A stretch of DNA of 64,000 bases from Candidatus Limiplasma sp. (GTDB taxonomy: Bacteria; Bacillota; Clostridia; Christensenellales; Aristaeellaceae): assembly GCA_034928535.1 (NCBI GenBank), contig JAYFOV010000004.1:1173-65172 (forward strand), read 5' to 3'. Position 1 is the first letter of the stretch, and every line of letters starts with the position of its first letter. The notes beneath the pieces are model-generated. The model saw only the letters and a program-made list of their open reading frames with translations. It had not been told where the DNA came from and made no database searches. Shown one piece after another: positions 17,808 through 27,058 of this stretch. The translations under genes and the position numbers were made by a program.

Positions 17808-19580
17808 ATGACCAAGCATGAAGCCCTGAAAACCTTTTTTGGCTATGATACCTTTCGGGATGGGCAGGAAGCGCTGATCGATGCGCTGCTCGCCGGGCAG
17901 GATGCGCTGGGCGTGATGCCCACCGGCGCCGGAAAATCCCTGTGCTATCAGGTGCCCGCGCTGCTGCGGGAAGGCATTGCCCTGGTGGTGAGCCCACTCA
18001 TTTCCCTGATGAAGGATCAGGTTGCCGCGCTGAAGTCGGCCGGTGTTGCGGCGGCATACATCAACAGCTCCCTGACGGGCGGGCAGCAGCGCGAAGCGTT
18101 GCGCCGCGCCGCACTGGGCGCCTACCGCATCATTTATATCGCGCCTGAGCGGCTGGATGTGCCGGAGTTTACTGCCTTTGCCCGCAGCGCCTGCCTGAGC
18201 CTGATCGCCGTGGACGAGGCACACTGCGTGAGCCAGTGGGGGCAGGATTTCCGCCCCAGCTACCTCAAAATCGTCGATTTTATCGAGAGCCTGCCCAGCC
18301 GCCCGCCTGTGGGCGCATACACCGCCACCGCGACCCCGCAGGTCAAGGCGGACATGGCGCGCCTGCTGCGGCTCAATGCCCCTGTGACCCGCGTGACCGG
18401 GTTTGACCGCCCCAACCTGCGCCTTTCCTGCCTGAAACCGCGCGACAAGTTTGCCGCACTCATGGAGGTAGTGCAGCGCCACAGGGGGGAAAGCGGCATC
18501 GTCTACTGCAATACCCGCAAGGCCGTGGAGGAGGTGTGCCTGCGCCTGACCGGCGAAGGCGTGCGTGCCACCCGCTACCATGCCGGACTGGCCGATGCGG
18601 AGCGCATGCACAATCAGGATGCCTTTCAGTATGACGAGCGTCCGGTGATTGTCGCCACCAACGCGTTTGGCATGGGCATTGACAAGTCTAACGTCAGCTA
18701 TGTAGTGCACTATAACATGCCCCGCAGCTTGGAAAATTATTATCAGGAAGCAGGCCGCGCCGGGCGAGACGGCAGTCCTGCAGAGTGTGTGCTGCTGTAC
18801 AGCGGGCAGGATGTGATCACCGGCCGCTGGATGGTCGAGCACAGCGAGCCAAACCCAGAGCTTACCGCCGATGAACAGGCGGCTCTGTATCAGCGCGATA
18901 TGGATCGCCTCAAACAGATGACCTTCTACTGTGCCGGCAGGCGCTGCCTGCGGCAGTTTATCCTCAACTATTTTGGCGAGCGGGCGGGGGCGGATTGCGG
19001 CAATTGCTCCGTTTGCCTGGGCGAGCCGTTGCATGCGGAAGAGCCGGAGCGCGCCCCGGCGCACCGTGGATCGCCTACCGTTAGCATTGGCCAGCCAAAG
19101 CCCAAGCGCCTGAAGCCCGCCCCGGAGGAAGAATCCCCGCTGTACGCCTTACTCAAGCACCAGCGCGCCCAAATCGCCGCCGAGAAGCGCGTGCCTGCCT
19201 ACGTTATTTTTACCGATGCCACCCTTCGGGACATGGCCGCCAAGAAACCCCATACCTGGGATGATCTGGCGCGCGTGACCGGCGTGGGCAGCAAGAAGCG
19301 GGATCTGTACGGCGATGCCTTCCTGACGCTCATCTGCCGCCACGAAGGGGTCTTCTATGCCCCCCGCACCATCGAGGAGGATGATGGCTTTGACTCCGAC
19401 GCTTTGCCTGTGAGCGGGCGTGCGGGCGACAATACCGGCCGCCCCTGGAGCACGGGCGAAGATGATCGCCTGCGGGAGGAATTTGAGAGTGATGCTACCA
19501 TCGCCGAGATGTGCGAGGAGCACGAGCGCTCCCCCTTCGCCATCCGTGCCCGTTTGCGGCGACTGGGGCTGATGCTGTGA
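17808..19580 (+). CDS. recQ: ATP-dependent DNA helicase RecQ with HRDC and an extra C-terminal Myb/SANT-like tail
   Basis: Motifs FGYDTFRDGQ, PTGAGKSLCYQ, DEAHCVSQWGQDFRP, ATNAFGMGIDK and QEAGRAGRDG, then an HRDC-like segment. Confidence 0.92.
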   Translation: MTKHEALKTFFGYDTFRDGQEALIDALLAGQDALGVMPTGAGKSLCYQVPALLREGIALVVSPLISLMKDQVAALKSAGVAAAYINSSLTGGQQREALRRAALGAYRIIYIAPERLDVPEFTAFARSACLSLIAVDEAHCVSQWGQDFRPSYLKIVDFIESLPSRPPVGAYTATATPQVKADMARLLRLNAPVTRVTGFDRPNLRLSCLKPRDKFAALMEVVQRHRGESGIVYCNTRKAVEEVCLRLTGEGVRATRYHAGLADAERMHNQDAFQYDERPVIVATNAFGMGIDKSNVSYVVHYNMPRSLENYYQEAGRAGRDGSPAECVLLYSGQDVITGRWMVEHSEPNPELTADEQAALYQRDMDRLKQMTFYCAGRRCLRQFILNYFGERAGADCGNCSVCLGEPLHAEEPERAPAHRGSPTVSIGQPKPKRLKPAPEEESPLYALLKHQRAQIAAEKRVPAYVIFTDATLRDMAAKKPHTWDDLARVTGVGSKKRDLYGDAFLTLICRHEGVFYAPRTIEEDDGFDSDALPVSGRAGDNTGRPWSTGEDDRLREEFESDATIAEMCEEHERSPFAIRARLRRLGLML

Positions 19581-19586
19581 CCATCA

Positions 19587-19635
19587 CAGGCCGTCAAAAT
19601 GGCAGGGCAATGCGCCCTCCCGTCTTGACGGCCTG
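19587..19635 (+). terminator. Long hairpin after recQ (weak T tract)
   Basis: Stem CAGGCCGTCAA/TTGACGGCCTG with an inner AGGGC/GCCCT pairing. Followed by CCTGTTTATCC. Confidence 0.45.
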
Positions 19636-19880
19636 CCTGTTTATCCTGTCCTTCGCGGTGTTGGGGATGGATCCTGTGCATAAGCCCTTTCAGGGCTTGG
19701 ATTGTTATCACATAAGCTTGAAAACGTGCCCCTAGTGCTTGAACAGCCGAATAACCCCTGCAGGGCTGGCGACCGCAGGATGCCCCCATGGTTGCTTGCT
19801 GCCAACTTTGCCGGATTGCCTTCTGAGCCTTAACAAAGCGGATGGCAGACCTTTGCCCTACAACAACGGCCGGGCAGCTG

Positions 19881-20834
19881 TTACGGCTGTGCCCCCAGCT
19901 TGCGCACCTCGCCGCTGCGGATGGTATGCCGCAGCCCGGCTGCATCCCGCACGATCAATGCACCGTTGGTCGCAACATCTTCGGCAAGCCCTTGATGCTC
20001 GACGCCATCCGCCTGCCAGGCCACCTGCTGTCCGAGGGTCATGCTGCGCGCGCGATAGGCGGCCAGATGATCCTGCATCCCCGGACGATAGGCCAGCAAG
20101 CGCTTTGCGATTTCGGCTGCCAACAGGTTTTTAACGGGGTGTGTACAGCGCAGATCCCCCACGATATTCCGCAGCGGCTCCGGCCACGGGGTCGGGCGCA
20201 GGTTCAGGCCAATGCCGATCAGCAGGGATTCCACGGTGCCTGTTTCAAAATCCGTCGTCGCCTCCGTCAGGATGCCGCATACCTTCTTTTCTTCCCAAAA
20301 CAGATCGTTGACCCATTTGATGCGCAAAGTTCGGCTGCAAATGTGCTGTACCGCTTCTGCCACCGCTACGGCGGCATAGGCAGTCACGCCCAGCGCATCC
20401 TCCGCCGCTTGCCCCGCGCCAATGGCCAGCGTCAGGTACAGGCCGCCTGCCGGGGAGTAAAATGCCCGCCCCAGTCGGCCGCGCCCAGCGGTTTGTTCCT
20501 CCGCCACCAGCAAAAACGGCGCCTTCTCGCCGCCCATGAGCAGTCGCCTGGCTTGGTTGTTGGTGGAATCGACTTTGTCAAGGCAGTGGATGCCCAGCGC
20601 GTCATCCGCAAGCAGCCGCCGCAACACACCCTCGCTGGCGCGGTCATACTCCGGCGCCAATCGATACCCCCGGTTGGGCGCCGACTCAATGGCAACGCCC
20701 TCCTCCTTGAGGGCTTGGATCGCCTTCCAAATGGCGTTGCGGGATACGTGAAAACGATCCGCCAATGCCTGCCCGGATAGCGCCGCCTCTCGGCTTTGCT
20801 CCAGCGCCTGCATCAGGTTTTCTTTCAGCGACAT
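19881..20834 (-). CDS. birA: Bifunctional biotin-[acetyl-CoA-carboxylase] ligase and transcriptional repressor
   Basis: Start at MSLKENL with RBS GGAGGAACGGAGAG. N-terminal HTH (LSGQALADRFHVSRNAIWKAIQAL). Ligase core with the GRGRLGR motif. Confidence 0.88.
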   Translation of the reverse strand: MSLKENLMQALEQSREAALSGQALADRFHVSRNAIWKAIQALKEEGVAIESAPNRGYRLAPEYDRASEGVLRRLLADDALGIHCLDKVDSTNNQARRLLMGGEKAPFLLVAEEQTAGRGRLGRAFYSPAGGLYLTLAIGAGQAAEDALGVTAYAAVAVAEAVQHICSRTLRIKWVNDLFWEEKKVCGILTEATTDFETGTVESLLIGIGLNLRPTPWPEPLRNIVGDLRCTHPVKNLLAAEIAKRLLAYRPGMQDHLAAYRARSMTLGQQVAWQADGVEHQGLAEDVATNGALIVRDAAGLRHTIRSGEVRKLGAQP

Positions 20835-20905
20835 AAGGCTCTCCGTTCCTCCGATGGCCGGCATCGGCTCTGGTTTCCCCCGCAGGGACACGGCTATCTG
20901 TTTCC

Positions 20906-20934
20906 ATTATAGCAAGCGGCGCGTATGGTTACAA
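20906..20934 (-). promoter_or_regulatory. Promoter TTGTAA-N17-TATAAT for birA
   Basis: The hexamers and spacing are visible on the minus strand. Confidence 0.55.
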
Positions 20935-21011
20935 GCCGTTCTCGCATGCGGGGTTGCGCATCTGCTGTGTGAGGGGTTTGCCTGCTCCGGCGAAAAAAGC
21001 CTCCCCATGGA

Positions 21012-21041
21012 TTGACACCCACCCGCGCCGGTTGTTATGAT
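21012..21041 (+). promoter_or_regulatory. Promoter TTGACA-N18-TATGAT upstream of the nadR-like gene
   Basis: Hexamers visible. A leader of about 110 nt follows before the start codon. Confidence 0.5.
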
Positions 21042-21158
21042 GGGGTGGCAAAGCGCCGTAGTGTGCCGCCTTGCTCGTCAAAAAGCAGACAATGCTTGTT
21101 CCCTTGCGGAAAAGCCGCTATACTATCCCACAGTGCAACCAAGCCAAGGAGGGTACGT

Positions 21159-22202
21159 ATGTACAAGACCGGCGTATATTTTGGCCGTTTCTGCCCGCCG
21201 CACAGAGGCCATCTGTATCAGATCATCGAGGCTTCCACCCAGTGTGAAAAGCTGGTGGTGGTCATCTCCGACAATGCGGAGCAAACGCGCGAGATTTGCC
21301 AGGCGGCTGGGCTGCCCACCATCACCTACCAACTGCGCAAGCAGTGGATATCCCAGCAGGTGCAGGATATGGAACACATTGAGGTGCGCGTGCTGGACGA
21401 AACCGACATCCCCGCCGCGCCGGACGGCTGGCCAGCCTGGAGCCAGCGCATGAAGGCCGTGGTACCGGAGGGTATCGATGCATTTTTCATGGGGGATTTT
21501 GAAGATCAGTCCATGTTTGCGGAGTTTTTCCCCAACAGCACGGTAGCGCTGTTTGACCCCGCCCGCACGCGCTACCCTATATCCGCCACGGACATCCGCA
21601 AGAACATCCTGGGCAACTGGCATTACATCCTTGGCTCGGCGCGTCCTTTCTTCGCCAAAAAAGTGCTCATTGCCGGCACGGAAAGCTGCGGCAAAACAAC
21701 GCTGACCAAGTGCCTGGCCAAGCTGTACAATACCTCCTGGTCGGAGGAGGTAGGCCGTTATTATGCCAGGGACTATCTGGGCAATGATGAAACCATTTTT
21801 ACGGATACCGATTTCATGCGCATCGCCCATTTGCAATACGAGCAGGATTATCAGGCGCTGCGCAGTGCAAACCGTGTTTGCTTTTTTGATACGGACGCTA
21901 CCTATACCGACTATTTCAGCGAGATTTACCTGGGACGCCGCAACCCGGTGGTGGAGGCTTACATTGATGCAGGCAAGTATGACTTGATGCTTTACCTGCT
22001 GCCGGATGTCAAATGGGTGTCGGACGGCCAGCGCCTGAACGGTGAGCAGGAGCGCCGTATGGCGCTGAGCGACCGGCTTTTGAACATGTACCACTACCAC
22101 GGGTTTGGCAGCAAGCTGGTGGTGGTGGGCGGGGATTATACCCAGCGCCTGAGCCGTGCCATCGAGCTGGTGGATGGCCTGATGGGCGATGTGGCTCACT
22201 AA
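21159..22202 (+). CDS. NadR-type bifunctional NMN adenylyltransferase / ribosylnicotinamide kinase (no N-terminal HTH)
   Basis: RBS AAGGAGGG. Nucleotidyltransferase motif GRFCPPHRGH. P-loop GTESCGKTT in the C-terminal kinase half. Confidence 0.75.
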   Translation: MYKTGVYFGRFCPPHRGHLYQIIEASTQCEKLVVVISDNAEQTREICQAAGLPTITYQLRKQWISQQVQDMEHIEVRVLDETDIPAAPDGWPAWSQRMKAVVPEGIDAFFMGDFEDQSMFAEFFPNSTVALFDPARTRYPISATDIRKNILGNWHYILGSARPFFAKKVLIAGTESCGKTTLTKCLAKLYNTSWSEEVGRYYARDYLGNDETIFTDTDFMRIAHLQYEQDYQALRSANRVCFFDTDATYTDYFSEIYLGRRNPVVEAYIDAGKYDLMLYLLPDVKWVSDGQRLNGEQERRMALSDRLLNMYHYHGFGSKLVVVGGDYTQRLSRAIELVDGLMGDVAH

Positions 22203-22270
22203 GCCTTGCTTTGGGGACTGATTGCTGCGCCCGGGATTTGTGAACACACCGTGAACATTCAATCTTCTGG

Positions 22271-22326
22271 TTGACAATCCAACCATCGCCTCCTATAATG
22301 TTAGCATCCTAACATTATAGGAGGCG
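22271..22326 (+). promoter_or_regulatory. Promoter TTGACA-N17-TATAAT overlapped by a perfect 18-bp inverted repeat (probable MarR operator)
   Basis: CGCCTCCTATAATGTTAG-catc-CTAACATTATAGGAGGCG at 22287..22326 contains the -10 box. It lies directly upstream of the marR-ABC operon. Confidence 0.7.
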
Positions 22327-22369
22327 ACATGCAATCCAAGCGTATTCAAAACAGGACGTAACCTTTGCC

Positions 22370-22828
22370 ATGCGGCGGCTGTTCAATCTGATCCGTCGCC
22401 TGGCGGAAACAAAAACCGCGCCTCACGAGCAGCTCACCCCCATGCAAGGGCGCATGATTGGTTTCATCCAGCACCATGACGCAGGGGAAGTGTACCAGCG
22501 CGATTTGGAGCGTGCGTTTGAAATACGGCGTTCCACCGCCAGCACGATCCTGCAGACCATGGAAAAAAACGGACTGATCCGCCGGGAATCCGTGCCCCAT
22601 GACGCGCGCCTGAAACGCGTTGTGCTCACCCCGGAAGCCATCTCCTACAGCAAGCGTTTTCATCAGGATATGGCCAAAGTGGAAGCCTATATCAAACGAG
22701 GTGTGACCCAGGAGGAACTGGCATCTTTTTTTACCATCATGGCCAAATTCGAGCACAATCTCAATGAATATCTCGCCCGCTCGGGCGAACAACCGCAGCC
22801 GCCGTGCTGCGGGGAGGGAGAACAATGA
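22370..22828 (+). CDS. MarR-family transcriptional regulator
   Basis: 152 aa with winged-helix features (QRDLERAFEIRRSTASTILQTMEKNGLIRRE..DARLKRV). The stop overlaps the next ATG (ATGA). Confidence 0.85.
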   Translation: MRRLFNLIRRLAETKTAPHEQLTPMQGRMIGFIQHHDAGEVYQRDLERAFEIRRSTASTILQTMEKNGLIRRESVPHDARLKRVVLTPEAISYSKRFHQDMAKVEAYIKRGVTQEELASFFTIMAKFEHNLNEYLARSGEQPQPPCCGEGEQ

Positions 22829-24555
22829 TCAAACGACTTGCCCAAAGTTTGCGTGAATACCGCAAACAAACCATTCTTACCCCCTTTTATGTGAGCCTGG
22901 AGGTGATCATCGATGTGGTGATCCCCCTGCTGATGGCCAGCTTGATTGACGAAGGCATCGGCAAAGGCAACATGGCCGCCATCTGGCAGTACGGCGCCTG
23001 GTTGGTGCTCTGCTGCTTGCTCTCACTTTTATTTGGTGCCCTGGCCGGTCGTACGGCAGCCGTCGCGTCCGCCGGGTATGCCCACAATCTGCGACAGGAT
23101 CTCTATCACAATGTGCAATCCTTCTCGTTTCTCAACATTGATCGCTTTTCTACCGCCAGCCTGGTCACACGGCTGACCACGGATGTGACCAACGTGCAAA
23201 ACGCATTCCAGATCATGGTGCGCATTGCGGTTCGCTCCCCCATGATGCTGGTATTCGCGCTGGTGATGGCCTTCCGCGTGAATGCGCAAATGGCGCTCAT
23301 TTTTCTGGGCACCATCCCGGTGCTGGGCATCGGCATGTTCATCATCATCCGCAAAGCGCATCCTGTGTTTGAGCGCGTGTTCAAAACCTATGATCGCCTC
23401 AATAAAGTGGTGCAGGAAAACGTGCGCGGCATCCGGGTGGTCAAAAGCTTTGTGCGGGAAGATCACGAAACCGGGAAGTTCAAGGAAGTGTCCCAGAGCA
23501 TCTTCAAGGATTTCAGCCTTGCAGAGCGCATCCTGGCCTTTGCCATGCCGCTGATGCAGTTCACGATGTATGTGATCATCCTGCTGCTCAGCTGGTTTGG
23601 CGCAAAGATGATCGTCGGCAGCGCGCTGACCACCGGGCAGTTGATGAGCCTGCTCACCTATGCATTTCAGATGCTCATGAGCCTGATGATGCTGTCCATG
23701 GTTTTTGTGATGATGACCATTTCCCGCGCCAGCGCGGAGCGCATCACGGAAGTGCTGGCGGAGCAGACGGATATTACCAGCGTCCCCGGTGGCGTAGCCG
23801 GCGTTGAGGATGGCTCCCTGCGCTTTGAGCATGTGGATTTCCGCTACAGCAAGGATGCCGAGCAGTTGTGCCTGAAAGATATCGATCTGACCATCCCCTC
23901 CGGGGCGGTGGTAGGCATCCTGGGTGAGACCGGCAGCGGCAAATCCACCCTGATGCAGCTGATTCCCCGCCTGTATGACGCGACGCAGGGCACCGTCTAT
24001 GTGGGCGGCGTAAACGTCAAGGACTATGATCTGACTGCCTTGCGCGATGCCGTGTCCATGGTGCTGCAAAAAAACGAACTTTTCAGCGGCACCATCAAGG
24101 ACAACCTGCGTTGGGGCAATGAAAACGCGACGGACGAGCAGTTGATCCACGCCTGCGAGCTTGCGCAGGCAGATGGCTTCATCCGCCAGTTCCCCGATGG
24201 GTATGATACGGTGATCGAGCAAGGCGGTGCAAACGTATCCGGCGGGCAAAAGCAACGCCTGTGCATCGCGCGCGCGCTGCTCAAAAACCCCAAAATCCTG
24301 ATCCTGGATGATTCCACCAGCGCAGTGGATACCGCGACCGATTCGCTCATCCGCAAAGCATTCCGGGAGGAAATCCCCCATACCACCAAGCTGATCGTGG
24401 CGCAACGCGTTGCTTCGGTGCAGGATGCGGATATGATCGTCGTGATGGAAGGCGGGCGCATTGCCGCCGTCGGCACACATGCCAGCCTGCTGCAGTCCAG
24501 CGCCATCTATCAAGAAGTGTATGAATCCCAAACGAAAGGGGGCGAGCATCCATGA
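22825..24555 (+). CDS. ABC exporter, fused permease/ATPase half-transporter (subunit 1)
   Basis: Six-TM N-terminal half. Walker A GETGSGKST, signature VSGGQKQR, Walker B ILILDD. Confidence 0.88.
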   Translation: MIKRLAQSLREYRKQTILTPFYVSLEVIIDVVIPLLMASLIDEGIGKGNMAAIWQYGAWLVLCCLLSLLFGALAGRTAAVASAGYAHNLRQDLYHNVQSFSFLNIDRFSTASLVTRLTTDVTNVQNAFQIMVRIAVRSPMMLVFALVMAFRVNAQMALIFLGTIPVLGIGMFIIIRKAHPVFERVFKTYDRLNKVVQENVRGIRVVKSFVREDHETGKFKEVSQSIFKDFSLAERILAFAMPLMQFTMYVIILLLSWFGAKMIVGSALTTGQLMSLLTYAFQMLMSLMMLSMVFVMMTISRASAERITEVLAEQTDITSVPGGVAGVEDGSLRFEHVDFRYSKDAEQLCLKDIDLTIPSGAVVGILGETGSGKSTLMQLIPRLYDATQGTVYVGGVNVKDYDLTALRDAVSMVLQKNELFSGTIKDNLRWGNENATDEQLIHACELAQADGFIRQFPDGYDTVIEQGGANVSGGQKQRLCIARALLKNPKILILDDSTSAVDTATDSLIRKAFREEIPHTTKLIVAQRVASVQDADMIVVMEGGRIAAVGTHASLLQSSAIYQEVYESQTKGGEHP

Positions 24556-26459
24556 TGCGAGGCCCAATGCGCGGCGGCCATGGCGGCCCTATGGGGCAGC
24601 GGCCAAAGCTGAACAAAGGCGTGATCAAACGCCTGCTTTCCTACCTTTCTCCCTTCAAGTGGCGGCTGGCGCTGGTGTTTGTGTGCATCCTCATCAGCGC
24701 GGTAACAGGCGCTGTGGGCGCCATGTTTTTACAGCGCCTGATCGATGATTACATCACACCCATGCTCCTGATTCCCAACCCGGTGTTTGACGGCTTGCTG
24801 CGCGCCATTTTCATGATGGCAGTCGTATATGTAGCCGGCGCCGTGGCCGGGTTCCTGAGCAACTACCTGATGGTGGCCGTGGGGCAAAACACCCTCAAGA
24901 ATATCCGCGACGAGCTGTTTGCCCACATGCAGCACCTGCCGGTCAAGTATTTTGATACCCACCCCTTTGGCGATGTGATGAGCCACTTTACCAACGATAC
25001 CGATACGCTGCGTCAAATGATCAGCCAGAGCTTGCCGCAAACCGTATCCGCGCTGATTTCTGTTTCCACCGTCTTTGTGGCCATGTGCATGACCAACCTG
25101 ATCCTGACCGCGTTTGTGGTGCTGACAGTGTTGCTGATGATGCTGCTGGCTGCCAAGATCGGCGGCAAAAGCGGCAAGTATTTTGTGCAGCAACAAAAAA
25201 CCATTGGCAACCTGAACGGCTACATTGAGGAGATGATCAACGGCCAAAAGGTAGTCAAGGTTTTCAATCACGAGGAAAAGGCCATCGAAGGCTTTGAAAC
25301 CCGCAATGCCGAGCTGCTGGACAGCGCAACCAAGGCCAATACCTTTGCCAACATTCTTATGCCCATCATGGGCAACCTTGGCAATCTGCAGTACGCGCTG
25401 ATGGCCGTGCTGGGCGGCGTGCTGGCCATCGGCGGTGTGGGCGGGCTCACGTTGGGCGGCATTGCGGCCTTCCTGCAGCTGAGCCGCAGCTTTACCATGC
25501 CCCTCACGCAAATCAGCCAGCAGCTGAACGCCGTGATCATGGCGCTGGCGGGCGCTGGGCGTATTTTTGCCCTGATGGACGAGCCCGCCGAGGTGGATGA
25601 TGGTTATGTGACGCTGGTCAATGCCAAGCTGGATAGCCGCGGCGCGCTGGTCGAAACCGGCGAGCACACCGGCATCTGGGCATGGAAGCACCCCCATAGC
25701 GACGGAACCACCACCTACGAGCGCCTGATGGGCGATGTCGTCCTGCAGGATGTGGATTTTGGCTACGAGGAAGGCAAGCTGGTGCTCAACGACATCAGCA
25801 TCTACGCCAAGCCCGGTCAGAAGGTCGCCTTTGTCGGCTCCACCGGCGCAGGCAAAACCACCATCACCAACCTCATCAACCGCTTCTACAGCATTGCGGA
25901 TGGCAAGATCCGTTATGACGGCATCAACATCAACAAAATCAAGAAAGACGATTTGCGCCATAGCCTTGGTGTGGTGCTGCAAGATGTGAACCTGTTCACC
26001 GGCACCGTGATGGAAAACATCCGCTATGGCAAGCTGACCGCTACAGACGCGGAGTGCATCGCCGCCGCCAAGCGCGCCAATGCAGACACCTTTATCCGCA
26101 TGTTGCCCAACGGCTACGAAACCGTGCTCACAGGGGATGGCAGCGGCCTGAGTCAAGGCCAGCGGCAGCTGATCAGCATCGCGCGCGCCGCCGTGGCAGA
26201 CCCGCCTGTGATGATCCTGGACGAGGCCACAAGCTCCATCGACACCCGTACCGAAGCCATCGTGCAAAAAGGCATGGATGCCCTGATGCAAGGACGCACC
26301 GTGTTTGTGATCGCGCACCGGCTTTCCACCGTGCGCAATGCGGATGTGATCATGGTGTTGGAGCAGGGACGCATCATCGAGCGCGGCACGCATGACGAGC
26401 TGCTCGCGCAAAAGGGCAAGTATTACCAGCTGTATACCGGTGCTTTTGAACTGGAGTAA
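24552..26459 (+). CDS. ABC exporter, fused permease/ATPase half-transporter (subunit 2)
   Basis: Overlaps the previous stop. Walker A GSTGAGKTT, signature LSQGQRQL, Walker B MILDEATS. Confidence 0.88.
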   Translation: MMRGPMRGGHGGPMGQRPKLNKGVIKRLLSYLSPFKWRLALVFVCILISAVTGAVGAMFLQRLIDDYITPMLLIPNPVFDGLLRAIFMMAVVYVAGAVAGFLSNYLMVAVGQNTLKNIRDELFAHMQHLPVKYFDTHPFGDVMSHFTNDTDTLRQMISQSLPQTVSALISVSTVFVAMCMTNLILTAFVVLTVLLMMLLAAKIGGKSGKYFVQQQKTIGNLNGYIEEMINGQKVVKVFNHEEKAIEGFETRNAELLDSATKANTFANILMPIMGNLGNLQYALMAVLGGVLAIGGVGGLTLGGIAAFLQLSRSFTMPLTQISQQLNAVIMALAGAGRIFALMDEPAEVDDGYVTLVNAKLDSRGALVETGEHTGIWAWKHPHSDGTTTYERLMGDVVLQDVDFGYEEGKLVLNDISIYAKPGQKVAFVGSTGAGKTTITNLINRFYSIADGKIRYDGININKIKKDDLRHSLGVVLQDVNLFTGTVMENIRYGKLTATDAECIAAAKRANADTFIRMLPNGYETVLTGDGSGLSQGQRQLISIARAAVADPPVMILDEATSSIDTRTEAIVQKGMDALMQGRTVFVIAHRLSTVRNADVIMVLEQGRIIERGTHDELLAQKGKYYQLYTGAFELE

Positions 26460-26472
26460 AGCCCGGCTGCTA

Positions 26473-26510
26473 CCCAGGCGAACCGCGCCATGCGGATCGC
26501 CTGGGTTTTT
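26473..26510 (+). terminator. Intrinsic terminator after the ABC exporter operon
   Basis: Stem CCCAGGCGA/TCGCCTGGG followed by TTTTT. Confidence 0.75.
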
Positions 26511-26822
26511 CGTACACCGCCGCAGCGAAACATCATCCGGGGCAAAACCTCTAGGTGGGCATGGGGCGTCAAAACCTTGCGCAGCAGCCCCGGGTATAAG
26601 CGCGGACAGCAAACGTTCAGGCCATGGTTAAAAAGCAGCCTGCGGCCATTGGGTTTGGGCTGCCTGCCGTGAATTGCATGCGCTGGCCGCCTCACGGAGG
26701 CAAGGCATTGTGCGCCGGCATTCCCGGCGCTGCGGCGCGGCTGCCCGTCCCAAGAGGAGCTCCTACGGCCTATGGTGCCGCAGCGTGATGAGGTGAAAGT
26801 TTCCAAGGAGCCGTTTCAAGTT

Positions 26823-26851
26823 TTGCTTTTTTGTGCAAACTATGGTATACT
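26823..26851 (+). promoter_or_regulatory. Promoter TTGCTT-N17-TATACT (extended -10 TGG) with a 5' UTR of about 200 nt before the DEAD-box helicase
   Basis: The hexamers and spacing are visible. No convincing ORF lies between this promoter and 27059. Confidence 0.55.
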
Positions 26852-27058
26852 GGGATTTCCGTGCGATTCCCGCAGGGTAGGGTACGGCAGCAGGCATCGG
26901 TGGCACATGCGCACGCGCAACATGCCATGGCCAGCCATATCCGCAAAGTACAGCGCCGCAACACCAGTAGCGGCTCGCAGGGCAAATGAGGCAAAGCCGC
27001 GCCCTGCGAATCATTCCATACCCGATGCGTGGAATGTGACCATGGAAAGGAAGGACTC

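Noticed and set aside
20906-20936. An imperfect inverted repeat TTGTAACCAT...ATGGAAACA overlapping the birA promoter, as a possible BirA operator.
   Set aside because: The half-sites and spacing do not match the TGTnAAC-N-GTTnACA type operator I remember for Gram-positive BirA. There are two mismatches between the arms. I left it as unconfirmed.
22329-22361. A 10-codon upstream ORF (MQSKRIQNRT) with GGAGG in front, inside the marR leader.
   Set aside because: The apparent RBS is simply the right arm of the operator palindrome. There is no evidence of function and the ORF is too short to evaluate.
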